From the NCBI RefSeq assembly GCF_004010195.1, contig NC_057719.1, positions 61,610,467 through 61,674,466 of the forward strand: a DNA stretch of 64,000 bases, read 5' to 3'. Source of the stretch: Chiloscyllium plagiosum. Lineage: Eukaryota. A program made the position numbers and the translations under genes. The notes under the pieces were generated by a model. It was not told the DNA's origin. It worked only from the letters and a program-made list of their open reading frames with translations, and searched no databases. This document shows positions 51,826-64,000 of this stretch, one piece after another. How positions within the stretch are numbered: the first letter of the stretch is position 1; every line of letters begins with the position of its first letter.

Positions 51826-53920
51826 ACATAGAACATAGACCATTACAGCGCAGTTCAGGCCCTTCGGCCCTCGATGTTGCACCGACCTGTGAAACCAATC
51901 TGAAGCCCATCTGACCTACACTATCCCATTTTCATTCATATGCCTATCTAATGACCATAAGTGTCCTTAAAATTAGTGAATCTACTACTGTTGCAGGCAG
52001 GCCATTTCACGCCCCAACTACTTTCTGAGTAAAGAAACTACCTTTGATATCTTCAAATATCTATCACTCCTCAATATAAAGCTATGTCCCCTCATGCTAG
52101 CCATCACCATCCGAGGAAAAAGGCTCTCCCTGTCCATCCTATCTGACCCTCTGATTATCTTATATGTCTCAATTAAGTCACCTCTCAACTTTCTTCTCTC
52201 TAACGAAAACAGCCTCAAATCCCTCAGCCTTTCCCCATAAGACCTTCCTTCCATACCAGGCAATATCCTAGTAAACCTTCTCTGAACCCTTTCCAAAGTT
52301 TTCACATCCTTCCTATAATGCGTGACCAGAACTGTACACAATATTCCAGGTGCAGCCGCACTAGAGTTTTGTACAGTTGCAGCATGACATTGTGGCTCCA
52401 AAATTCAATCCCTCCACCAAGAAAGCTAAAACACTGTATGCCTTTTTAATAACCCTCTATCTGGATGACAACTTTTAAGGATCTCTGTACATGGATACTG
52501 AGATATCTCTGCTCATCTACACTGCCAAGAATCTTACCATTAGCCTGGTACTCATTATTCCTGTTACTCTTCCCAAAGTGAATCACCGCACACTTTTCCA
52601 CATTAAACTCCATTTGCCACCTCTCAGCCCAGCTCTGCAGTTTATCTATGTCCCTCTGTAACCTACAACATCCTTCGTCACGATCCACAACTCTATCAGC
52701 CTTAATGTCATCCACAAATTTATTAACCAATCCTTCTACCCCCTCATCTAGGTCACTTATAAAAATGACAAACAGCAGAGGCCCTAGAACAGATCCTGGC
52801 GGTATATTACTAGTAACTGAACTCCAAGATGAATATTTTACATCAACCACCAATCTCTGTATTCTTTCAGCTAGCCACTTTCTGATCCAAATAGCTAAAT
52901 CATCCTCGATTCCATGCCTCCATATTTTGTGCAATAGCCTACCTTGAAGAACCATAATAAACACCTTACTGAAATCCATATGCACCACATCAACCATTTT
53001 ACCCTCATCCACCTCTTTGGTCACCATCTCAAAGAACCCAATAAGGTTTGTGAGGCACAATCTACCCTTCACAAAACCATGTTGACTATCCCTAATCAAC
53101 TTATTCCTTTCTAGATGGTTATAAATCTTATCTCTTATAACCCTTTCCAACACTTTACCCACAACAGAAGTAAAGCTCACTGGTCTATAATTTCCTGGGT
53201 TGTCTCTACTCCCCTTCTTAAATAAGGGACAACATTTGCTATCCTCCAATCTTCTGGCACTATTTCAGTAGACAATGAAAACATAAAGATCAAAGTCAAA
53301 GGCTCTGCAATCTCCTCCCTAGCTTCCCAGAGAATCCTAGGATAAATCCCATCTGACCCAGGGGGCTTATCTACCTTTACACTTTCCAGAATTGATAACA
53401 CCTCCTCGTTGTGAACCTCAATCCCATTTAGTCTAATAGCCTGTATCTCAGTATCCTCCTCGAAAACATTGTTGTTTTCTAGTGTGAATACTGACAAAAA
53501 ATATTCATTTAGCACTTCCCTTATCTCCTCTGACTCCACCCACAATTTCCCACTATTAGCCTTGATTGGTCCTAATCTTACTGATATGCCTGATATACCT
53601 ATAGAAAGCCTTAGGGTTTTCCTTGATCCTATTCACCAATGACTTCTCATGTCCCTTCCTGTCTCTTCTTAGCTCTCTCTTTAGATATTTCCTGGCTACC
53701 TTGTAATTCTCAAGTGCCCTAACTGAGCCATCACATCTCATCGTAACATAAGCCTTCTTCTTCCTCTTGACAAGAGATTCAACTTCCTTAGTAAACCATG
53801 GCTCCCGCACTCAACAACTTCCTCCCTCCTGACAGGTACATACTTATCAAGGATCCACAGTAGCTGATCCTTGAATAAGCTCCACATTTCTTCTGTTGGT
53901 AAATCCTTAATAATTAATTG
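51826..53920 (-). mobile_element. Relatively well-preserved 5'-truncated CR1 (RT domain, few frameshifts), nested in older CR1
   Basis: PLFKKGSRDNPGNYRPVSFTSVVGKVLE...QHGFVKGRLCLTNL...[17 protein letters not shown]...KFVDD; tail (TTCTATG)n at 51826-51840. Confidence 0.92.
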
Positions 53921-55669
53921 CAATGTTTTTCCAACAATAGGGAAGGGGTGGTGGTGTTAGGATAATTGGTCTATAGCTACCTGCTTTTTGCCTCCCTCCC
54001 TTTTTGACTAGGAGTGTCATATTGACAGTTTTCCAATCCTATGATACTTTTCCAGGATCCAAGGATTTTTGCAAAATTATAACCAATGCATCTACCATCT
54101 CTGTAGATACCTCTTTTAGGATCCTACAATATAAGGGGATTTATCTGCCTTTCGCTCCATAAGTTTGTCTTGTTAATTGAGTATTTGATTTAAGCTGGTT
54201 TCTCCTGCTAACTGTGCTGATACGTCATGGTAGAATTTCTATGGCACAGGTAGAACTAAGGAAGACATTCTGCTGATGGAACATGAACAGGTAATGGCTA
54301 GATCACAGTTGATATTGTGGCTCAAAGATTGATGTGGAAGAAATGGGTTTTCGTTCTTGGTGTAGATGAACTCGCACCAGAGAAAGTGAGAATTGTACTA
54401 TTGGAAAGATATTTACTTGAAAATGCACTGTTACTAGTGTCTTGGGAAATTCTATCATTATGGTTGTTAGAGAAGGTTTTAAATTAAATGGTTAGGGGAG
54501 ATATGTGGAGGCAAGGTTAACATGAAGGAAGATTTAGAAAGTTAAAGTAAAAGCACAATGAAATTGTGTAGGATACTGATACAGTTAAGGATAACCAGGT
54601 GTAACAGGAAGGAACAATGCTTACAAAGTGAAGAACAAGAAAATAAAGGTCAGAGTAAACAAAAAACAGTATGAGGCCAAAATTAAAGGCTCCTTATCTG
54701 ATCACTCAGCATTTGTAACAAGATGAATGAATTGATAGCATGAATAATGCAAATTAATATGATATAGTAACCATACAGAGACATGACTGCAATGTGCACA
54801 TGGCTGGAGACTTGAATACTTAAATATATTACAACAGTTGTAAATTTCATCAACCAAATTTTTAAATTCTAACATTTGATTGTTATGCCTGCAGCCTTTT
54901 AGATCAAAATGATTTTTAAAGATGGAAGAAACAAGGACCTAAAATGATTACGGTGTCAGTTTCATGTGACCCATGGAAATAAACAAGGCCATTTGCATTA
55001 CCACTTTTATCTGAAGACATTGAAATTAATCAACTGAGTCAGCATCAAGAAATGTAATCCCCTGTTTAATTCACAGTTGCATAATAATTTCACATTGGGA
55101 AATGAAAGGCTCACCTGCCAGTTAGCCAACTTGGAAAGACAATGTAGCTAGATTCAAGAATACAAACAAAATTACACTTCAACAGCTGCTTTTGAGAGCA
55201 GAAGACGGAAAAGGAAAAGGAGATTTGAATGCAAGAAATGAAAGACTCTCTCTCTCTCCCTACCTCGTTCTCTCATCATCTCAGAATATAGCAACCAATA
55301 AAAAAGCAAATTGGGGAAAGCAGCCATTCACCGACAATTCAAAGATATCTAGCGGTTTTGTACCTGCGGAGGATACATGCCAATCATTAAACAATTGTGG
55401 TTTACTTTAAGAATCTCAAAGACCCTAAGGACTTATTTGATTGTATTGCTTTTATTTTCTGTAACAATACTAATTACTCTCTCTCTTAAATTTATTACCT
55501 GTGTTTTTTAATTTTGCATTATTAATTTTTTTCCTCAGTGTTAGTAGATGATCATTTTCACCTTTCTTGACTCATAAAAACCTTGGTTATTGGTTTCTTA
55601 ATTTTCTAGTGAACCATATTTTAGCTTTGTGCTCTGAAGAAAAAGAAACATTTGTTGCAAACAACGGAG

Positions 55670-56490
55670 ACAGGGTTAAAATGGGATAAATGGACATTTT
55701 TCATGTTGGTAAACTGTAACTAGTGGAGTGAAACAGGAATAATTTCTGGGGTCTCAATGCGGCAAATGCTGAAAGAATGTTTCCCTTTGTGGGGGAATTG
55801 TAGAACTCGGGAGCACCATTTAAAATAAAGGACTTCCAGTTAAGGCAGTGATGAGGTGGAATTTTTTCTTAATTCATATTTGGAATTCTTTTTCCCAGCA
55901 AGCAATAAAGGCTGGGACTCCTAATATATTCAAAGTCACATTAGAAAGATTTTTGATTGATAAGTAAATTAAGAGTTATAAGAACAGTCAGGGAAGTGTC
56001 ATTCAGACCACAATCAATCTTGAATATAATAAACAGTTTTGTTCTCTATATTAAGGAAATGTTAATGTATTGGAGAAAGTTCAGAATCAGTTCAATGGCT
56101 TGATCCCTGAAACAAGCTTGTTGTCTTATGAGGACACATCAAAGAGGCTGGGCTTATTTCTGTAATTTAGAAGAATGAGGCCTGACTTGATTGAAGTGTA
56201 TAGATTCCAAATGATGTTGACAAGTTGGACATGGAAAGGAAGCTTCCGCTTATGGGTCAATCCTATTATTTGGGTCACCCTTTCAGGACAGAGATGAGGT
56301 GATTTTTTTAATCTCTGAGGGGTGTGTAGCTTTGGAACTCTCTAGTCGGGGTGGTGTCATTGAATACTTTCAAGAAATAGGTGGATAGATTGCTGTTGGA
56401 AATTGAAACAAGAGGAAACAAGTTATGACCTTATTGAATGGAAGAGCAGTTTTGAGGGGTTGAATGGTCTACTTCTGCTCCTATTTTGTA
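55670..56490 (+). mobile_element. Old CR1 fragments
   Basis: GTAACTAGTGGAGTG, TTTAGAAGAATGAGG...TTGATTGAAGTGTATA, GAATGGTCTACTTCTGCTCCTA motifs. Confidence 0.6.
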
Positions 56491-57088
56491 AATTTATATT
56501 ATTTGTGATAGCAACAACTTTCAGCTTCCAGGAGAGGTTAGGGGGTAACTTTGACCTTCTCACCTGGGCAGGTAACAAATGAAACAGATCAGTTATCTGT
56601 TGTAACGTCTAACTGGTTTTCAGCATATTAAAATAAATGAAGGTAAACATTACCCGAGCGCTTTTTGTTTTTAAAATGGATATGTCAGTTTATATAGGGA
56701 AAAGGATCAACGTTTTATTTCAAGATGGATTGTCTTCTAGTTTAGGGAGAAGAACATCCAAGTTGAAAAATATTATTTCCAATCCAATGTCATGACAATT
56801 AAATAGTACATTGATAGTTACCTGATGTATTGCATTATTATGACCAGTATAAAGTTACACATGAATCATAGCTATTTTTTTCCCATTTATTTAATGCCAA
56901 ACCCTTTCGAAGTGGTTATGTACAGTATATGTCCATATCCCTGATCCTCCGATACAACTTGGTACTGTACATAATTAAACTTTATATGTTAAACTTACTC
57001 CAAGGAGGATTAAAACAACGTAAATCTCCTCCTTCTTCAGAGAAGGGAAACACCCTCTGAAGTGGATTAAAAGCCCAGAATTTCTTAC

Positions 57089-57340
57089 CTCTTTTCTGTC
57101 CTCCCCGAAAGCCTGAAGAATATCAGTCTGCCTTGTGTAGTTTCCGTTTGAATCCTGAAGACCCTGAAGAATTCGCTCACGAAGCACAAGGACTGACACA
57201 CGTAGCTGGTGCCACAAAAGTTGAACAGTGTGGATGTCCACAAGGATATTGACTGAGTAAGAGAGAAGCTTCAGTGAAATTTCTGTCTCCAGCAGGGCAT
57301 GGATCAGCTCCACATGATCTGAAATATCTTCACAAATATC
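57089..57340 (-). CDS. AKAP6: AKAP6 (mAKAP) internal coding exon, 252 nt / 84 codons, phase 0-0
   Basis: Translates DICEDISDHVELIHALLETEISLKLLSYSVNILVDIHTVQLLWHQLRVSVLVLRERILQGLQDSNGNYTRQTDILQAFGEDRKE, near-identical to the recalled vertebrate AKAP6 N-terminus. Acceptor TCTTCTTTCTCTCCCTGCAG (AG at 57342-57341); donor GAG|GTAAGA (GT at 57088-57087). Confidence 0.95.
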
Positions 57341-58235
57341 CTGCAGGGAGAGAAAGAAGATAGCTTACAGAATCTCATTGCCAATAGTCGGATCCTCATC
57401 AATTTTTCATGGACCTTTCTCTTTAAGGTAGACTTGTGTGATTATTGTGAGAAAAGGTCTGTCATTGAACTTTTGGGAAGTTAATATCTTCACTGAAATC
57501 AGGGACTTCTACATTTTTGCAAAATCCTTTTTTTTTTCATTGACGCTTGGATTTCATATAATTAATGGGTGCTGCAGTTGTGATGTTCTATTTTTGATGG
57601 AAATCCTAATCTATTGGAATTTTAATCTTTTTTTCATTGTTATATTGTTTCAGAATGCACTTATATAGTAGAGTGAGTGTTTATTCCTGTGCCTGCTTCT
57701 CTGAAACTTTAAAAGCTAAATTTCAGAATCATTTAAATTATCCTTAGACTTGTACTATATGATTCATAAAAATTGAGATGCAGTTTTCCATGTATGCATG
57801 CAATTGCAGTGTGCCTGTAGAAGCAGTTTCCTCAACACATTCTTGATATTGGTTATATGATGGGAGGGGGTTCAGAGCCCAGCAGAGCTTCCTAGCCCAC
57901 AGGATGGACAATCAATTCGACTCATTACAAGCCTTGACAAAGGCAGTTAAGGAAAAAGATGGTAGCAGGTAGAGGTAGTCATTCAGCTGCACATGCCACA
58001 GGGTTAGCGTTCCTAGCAGCCAAGGGCTACTCTGTCAACGGGCTATTTTCCTTACTGCCATTCCCCTTACTCCATTCTCACCCACTGATGTACTGATTGC
58101 CTTTTCTACAGCACCTTTCTTCTCATTTATCCATCACTTACTGCTCTTAGACTCTTATTTTCCCTCTAACTTTGTGAGCCTACCCATTCGGAAGGAAGTC
58201 TGGCTTGTGCTAATTATGGGATCACATCCATCCAA

Positions 58236-58719
58236 ATCCTGGCATTAAATTTTCACGGATCCTATCAAAAGAAGATCAATAATTTGATCAGTCTTTGCCA
58301 AATGAATTTGACATTTTACATCAGTTTAATGATTGTCTATTCCAACCAGTGGTGTATCTGGGATCAAGGAATAGAGCTGACTCCAGAAAATGTAGTTATG
58401 TATCTTCCATTTTCAAAATGATTCTCTTCAAAGGACCTACAGTAAAGTTAAGCCAAGGACAATAAAAAATGCTGCCCATGAGTTGATTTTGAGGCTACAA
58501 GTAAGGGTGATTTGCATTCTGTTATCAGTTGTATTTCACGCCACTATGTTTCAATTTTAATAGCACTGTCTCACTACTTTTTCCGAAGAAAGTATCCTTT
58601 GTAGCAAGCACATGCAATTGATGATGTGAATCACTTTACTGGTCAAACTCATTCAATAAAGACTGCTCAAGTCATTGATCTCCTTTTGATGGGATATGTG
58701 AAAATTTAACACCTGGGTT
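58236..58719. repeat. ~77-bp diverged inverted repeat pair (58236-58312 / 58642-58719), possible old MITE
   Basis: TTAAATTTTCACGGATCCTATCAAAAGAAGATCAATAATTTGATCAGTCTTT versus reverse complement TTAAATTTTCACATATCCCATCAAAAGGAGATCAATGACTTGAGCAGTCTTT. Confidence 0.7.
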
Positions 58720-59333
58720 TTCATGTTGATGAAGTGCTTCTTAAGTATTGCAAAAATACGATTGAGAATATCCAATTTCCAAACACGGCCCCTATCACTT
58801 TCATGGGTGTGGGTCACGTTTCCCACCTTCGTGTTTCACAGAGGTATCATTTCAACTGACTCTACTCACAGGTATGATTGAAAGGAAATTTGCATCTTTG
58901 TGTGGACAATTGTTTAAATTGTAGTGTGTTCTGATGACTCTATTGGGACTGACGTGCATATGAAAATTACACAGCTGTCACTGGTCAGCATTGGTGTTTG
59001 AATACAGTTTGAGAGTCTGAAAAGTAGGATTCTGGATCATCTCTATAACTTCTATTAACTGCAAATCACAAGTTATGTCTGAAATTGGTCTGCTTTTCTT
59101 CCCTGAGCCCTTTTTATTGCTATATTGTCACTGAAGTAATTGTGAGTGATATTTTGCTTTAAAACTCCATAACTTTTCTCTCAATTTGTGATCTTCATTC
59201 TCAACAGCTCTTTCATTTAGTTCAATGCAATCAGCGCTTGTGAATTTTGAATTCAAAGTATATACACGTTATTACACATTAACTATAATGCACATTTTAT
59301 ATCCTCAGCACTTAAGTAGGCTGTGCATATTTC

Positions 59334-59664
59334 GGGAGAAAGTGAGGACTTCAGATGCTGGAGATCAGAGTTGAAAGATGTGGTGCTGGGCAAGCACAGC
59401 AGGTCAGGCAGCATCTGAAGAGCAGGAGAATCGATGATTTGAGCATAAGCTCTTCATCAGGAATGAAGCTTGTGGGCCAAGGGGGTGGAGAGATAAATGG
59501 GAAGGATCTGGGAATGCAATAGGTCAATGAAGGTGGGATGAAGATGATAGGTCGGAGATGAGGGTGGAGCAGATAGGTGGGAGCAACTTATGCTCAAAAC
59601 ATCGATTCTCCTGCTCCTCAGATACTGCCTGACCGGCTGTGTTTTTCAGTAGCACACCCTTCAA
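59334..59664. mobile_element. Fold-back Penelope terminus, 13-bp TSD
   Basis: Minus strand CCTGATGAAGAGCTTATGCTCAAA; inverted arm 59585-59664; TSD CTGTGCATATTTC at 59321-59333 and 59665-59677. Confidence 0.8.
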
Positions 59665-59921
59665 CTGTGCATATTTCAGTAAAACCAATATATTCATGTA
59701 CTCCGGCAAGAGGACACTACTTTGACACAGAGTTCTTTAATTAAATCACAGATGATATCAGAAAATCCAGTGGCCAGAATATTATTTTTTTATTGATAAT
59801 TACCACTTCCCTTTGTATGTTAAATGTGACAGCATAAATATACTACAAATTCAAGCTTTCCGGTCTCTTTCACTATGCTATTGGGTTTTCACCCTCCTTG
59901 AAATGCTTTATTTGTACCCTA

Positions 59922-60890
59922 GGCAGAAGTGGATACTGCAGATGCTAGAAATCAGAGTCTAGATTAGAGTGGTGCTGGAAAAGCACAGCAGATCAGGCAG
60001 GATCTGAGGAGCAGGAAAATCGATGTTTCGGGCAAAAGCCCTTCATCAAGGAATGACGGCAGGGAGCCTGCAGGATGGAGAGATAAATGAGAGGGGGTGG
60101 GGCTGGGGAGAAGGTAGCCAAGAGTACAATAGGTGTATGGAGGTGGGGCTGAAGGTGATAGGTCAGAGAGGAGGGTGGAGTGGATAGATGGGAAGTAAGA
60201 TTGGCAGGTGGATGGTGGTGAGCTGGAAGGTTGAAACTGGGATAAGGTGGGGGTAGGGGAAATGAGGAAACTGGTGAAGTCCACATTGATGCTCTGGGGT
60301 TGAAGTGTTCCAAGGCGGAAGATGAGGCGTTCTTCCTCCAGACGTTGGATGGTGAAGGAGTAGTGGTGGAGGAGGCCCAGGACCTGCATGTCCTTGACAG
60401 AGTGGGAGATGATGATTAGATGACATTAGATGATGATGATGACATTACAGTGTGGAAACAGGCCCTTTGGCCCAACAAGTCCACACCGACCCGCCGAAGC
60501 GAAACCCACCCATACCCCCTACATTTACCCCTTTACCTAACACTACGGGCAATTTAGTATGACCAATTCACCTGACCTGCACATCTTTGGACTGTGGGAG
60601 GAAACCGGAGCACCCGGAGGAAACCCACGCAGACACGGGGAGAACGTGCAAACTCCACACAGTCAGTCGCCTGAGTTGGGAATTGAACCCGGGTCTCAGG
60701 CGCTGTGAGTCAGCAGTGCTAACCACTGTGCCACCGTGCCGCCCACCAAGGAGGGGGAGTTGAAATGTTGGTCCACGGGGCGGTGGGGTTGATTGGTTCG
60801 GGTGTCCCAGAGATGTTACCTAAAGCGCTCTGTGAGAAGGCATCCAGTCTCCCCAATGTGGAGGAGACCGCATCAGGAGCAACGGATGTA
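59922..60890 (-). mobile_element. Penelope-like element 3' part (GIY-YIG endonuclease + terminal repeat), interrupted by a SINE
   Basis: YIRCS*CGLLHIGETGCLLTERFR*HLWDTRTNQPHRPVDQHFNSPS (60890-60751) continues as MQVLGLLH...RLEEERLIFRLGTLQPQSINVDF; hammerhead-like TTGATGAAGGGCTTTTGCCCGAAAC at 60049-60025. Confidence 0.88.
60409..60744 (-). mobile_element. HE1-type V-SINE, full length and young
   Basis: GGGCGGCACGGTGGCACAGTGGTTAGCACTGCT (A box)...GGGTTCAATTCC (B box); V-domain TGTGTGGAGTTTGCACGTTCTCCCCGTGTCTGCGTGGGTTTCCTCCGGGTGCTCCGGTTTCCTCCCACAGTCCAAAGATGTGC; CR1-like tail GGGCCAAAGGGCCTGTTTCCACACTGTAA; CpGs retained. Confidence 0.92.
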
Positions 60891-63800
60891 TCCTAAGCTG
60901 AGCATCAAATCTAGGCACTTATAGCCCATCAGCAGATGGTCTGGCATTTCCTCCACTCTACATTACCATTCAGCCAAGGGATCTACTCTGATTCAATGAA
61001 GACAGCAGGGGAGGATGTCAGGAGAAGTGCCCAAGAACACCTAAACATGAGGTATCACACCAGTGAAGCTACAACAAAGACTATTTGCCAGCCAGATAAT
61101 GGATAAAGAATGCAATAAACAACCAAGAAATCCCACAATCCGGTCAAACCTCTGCAGTTCTGCAACATCAGTTGTGAATTTGGTGGACAGTTGAATATCT
61201 AACTGGAGGAAAAGACTACAAATATCCTCATCCTTAATGATGGGGAAATCCAGCTCATCAGGGAACAAAAAACAAGGCTGAAGCATTTTTAAGTATCTTC
61301 ATATTTAAGTACCACACAGATGGGTCATGGATGGATCCACAAAAAGATCAGCCATGATCTTATTGAATAGTGGAAAAGGCTTGACGCCAGAGAGCCTACT
61401 CTTGCTCCTATTTCTCATATTCTTAAGTTCTTATGTCTGTTTCTGGGAACGCAAGCGTGTGACACATGACATGTAAAGATTGGACTTAGAAAGACCAGAT
61501 ATCAACATTGTGGAGTTGTGTGGATAGCCAGGGTATCCTCAGGAAAAGCAAGGTATTACTTTATATATGGTCCTGAGAAACGTTTGGGTTGTGGTCAGGT
61601 ACTCTTTAAGTGAAGCATGGGATTGTTAAAAAGTAGGCATGAATGTACGTAAAAAGTGCATTAACTCATTGGAACTGTAAAGCTCCACAGAATCATAAGC
61701 AAAATTCAAAAATGTCAAAATGAGCTATCAAAAGAGTCAAGAGGAACTTTCTAAAAGATTTTAAGAGAAACTGCCAAAAGATCCAACAGGAACTGTCAGA
61801 ATCAACTCCAAATGTGTTAAAAAGAACAGTCAAAGGAAGCTGCCAAGGAATTTAAAATTTCTGCTTTTCAAATATTTGCAAAAGAAAATTTTTAAAGTGC
61901 AATAAAAATCTTGCATGACTGATTTTACAATCTTTAATTACCACAGTATCGTGTCTGCTATTTCATAGTTTGGCTGACACACCAAAGTCATTATAGACTG
62001 TTTATAGTTGGACTCTGAATTTTGATATGCATTTGAATGAAATGTTTGTTGTTATTATGGATTATAGGGTTGAAAGAAGGTAAATCTAATGAATGAAGTC
62101 TTGTAAATGAGTATTCTTTTTAAAAGAAATAATGTCTACAATAGGTACTTAGTTCTTTATTTTAATTAATCTCAGCATAGGTCCTGAGGTCTGCTCAGCA
62201 TGGATATTGACTTAGTTATCATGGTAGGAGTAAGAGTAAAAGGTAGTGGATGGGAGGGTATGGCTTAGTGGGTAAAGGACATGGATTTGTATAGTGGTCA
62301 TTAATAATAACTGATTAAGGAGAAAATTACATAGTATTTCAGATCCATTACTTCGTAAAATATATTACTATGATCCACTTTCTCATTGTCAGACACTTTA
62401 AAGAAAGCTGTGTCCTTCTACGCATGTCTCTTAGAAAACTATTTTCCCCTATAGCATCTCATTGCCTTCAGGTAGAATTATCAATGCCCTTGCAAATTCA
62501 AACTTTAATTTTATGCCAATTACATCTTACAGGAATACAACAATGGAAATCCATATTTTCTTTCATGTGATTTCTTCAATCCAATTTTTGCCCCTTACTG
62601 CTGCTCTCCTGGCAATATTTTTATGATTCTCAATGACTATTACTTTTAAATGTTATTGTTCTAAGTATGTTTCATGTGGTTCCCTGTCTTGGGCTGTTAG
62701 TCCCTTCATGAATTCTATCCATCCTTTGATCATTGCAAGTCTACATCTGCACTCTATGTACCTGATCTTGTTTTACTAGACCACTGCTCCTCAGTCACTA
62801 ACATCCCTGCTTCATCTTTATTTTGCAGTAAGGATCCCTCACTTTCCTCAGTACCGGGACACTTTATTTATTACTTTACGCACATGTGACTGAATAGAGT
62901 TTTCTAGTATAGTGTCTCAATCCTCCTCCATTACATGCTCCTCTCTCGACTCTCTGACTTCTCTTTGCTGTTCTGCTCTAGTCTGCTGATGGCAGAGTAA
63001 CATCATCAGTTACAACATCATTACCATATTCATACCTCATTATACTACAATTATCATCTGGCTTCACCCAGAAACCTTAAATATTACTGTTTTTTAGTAA
63101 TTACGGTCGAGAAATAATCATCAGCCATAAAACCAGAAGAACTCCTGATCTCCTTTGAGTATTGCCATAGAAATGTTACATCTACCTGAGAAGGCAAATG
63201 GGGTCTTGGTTAAAAATGACATGAAATCTCCACACTTGCTCAATGCTGCATGAAACATCAGCAAAGATCATATATTCAAAGCAGGGAAATAAAGCTTTCT
63301 ATCTCAATCACCTAAGGTGGAATGTTCCCAACTCCTGACGTGGATAATACCAAGTCAGTCGTGAAGATATCAAGGCATAAGAAAAACAAAATTCTTGATG
63401 TTTTAATGGTGAGTTAAAAAAGGAAGAAATTAATTTATAGGGATTAACAGCTCAATATTTCTTATTCTTGTCTCATTGATATGCAATTTCCTATTCTCCC
63501 ATGTGCCAAATAGAAATTAAATGGCAACAATTCCCAGCATGCAGGTCAAAGCAGGTAATTGGCAGCTCTCATTCACTGCTTGGAGGTTAGCATCAGACAC
63601 GTACTAGCCTCACCTCATCACCAGGATGCATCTGACTAAATTAAAATACAGTCATCTACATCAGTGCTGCACTTTGGAGGAGTCCAACACTTTTTATTAT
63701 AGTGTTACTGACTGGCTACTTTACATGCAGGGACAGGTACACATCTCACACATTGGAAAAGGGTGCAAACCAGGGCGATTCTTTTCACTCACTTTGCACA

Positions 63801-64000
63801 ATTTGAATGTTTACAACATCCCCGTTTTGCCTTGTCTTGTTGCACTTTGTCACCTCATTCAGTATTACAGACACATAGTGCTTCTGTCTTGCCATATTTT
63901 TAGAACAGACACAAAGCTAAGCACCTTGCCATAGTTGTTAGTTATAATCAGTTAATGTGGAAGCTCAGGGGTGATGCAATTGCTGTGAGAAAGAAAGGAA

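Noticed and set aside
56975..57088. Hydrophobic C-terminal extension of the 112-aa ORF (possible membrane-anchored short isoform)
   Set aside because: It is read-through past a strong GT donor into intron; there is no evidence of use.
60680..60744. tRNA gene
   Set aside because: It is the tRNA-derived head of the HE1 SINE.

Overview
Vertebrate genomic DNA, almost certainly a cartilaginous fish: it carries an HE1-type V-SINE, DeuSINE/SacSINE-like SINEs and typical elasmobranch CR1 and Penelope repeats. The window lies inside AKAP6 (mAKAP) on the minus strand. Two phase-0 coding exons are present (57340-57089, 252 nt; 31349-29352, 1998 nt), and I found no further AKAP6 exon in 1-29351. The rest is intron filled with decayed CR1 LINEs, SINEs and hammerhead-bearing Penelope-like fragments. 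Two structures stand out. (1) At 32320-35608 a solo LTR has been split at its TATA box by a stack of about 7 short Tx1-clade retroposon 3' ends. These show regenerated target sites, a shared 5' junction, variable poly(A) tails, conserved hairpins and apparent 3'-transduced LTR pieces, which suggests a site-specific, self-stacking non-autonomous retroelement. (2) At 12390-14553 there is a mini endogenous retrovirus (LTR, tRNA-Ser-like PBS, gag-like start fused to a gamma-type env, PPT, LTR) with no gag-pol body. All family assignments come from motif recognition by eye; no database searches were run.
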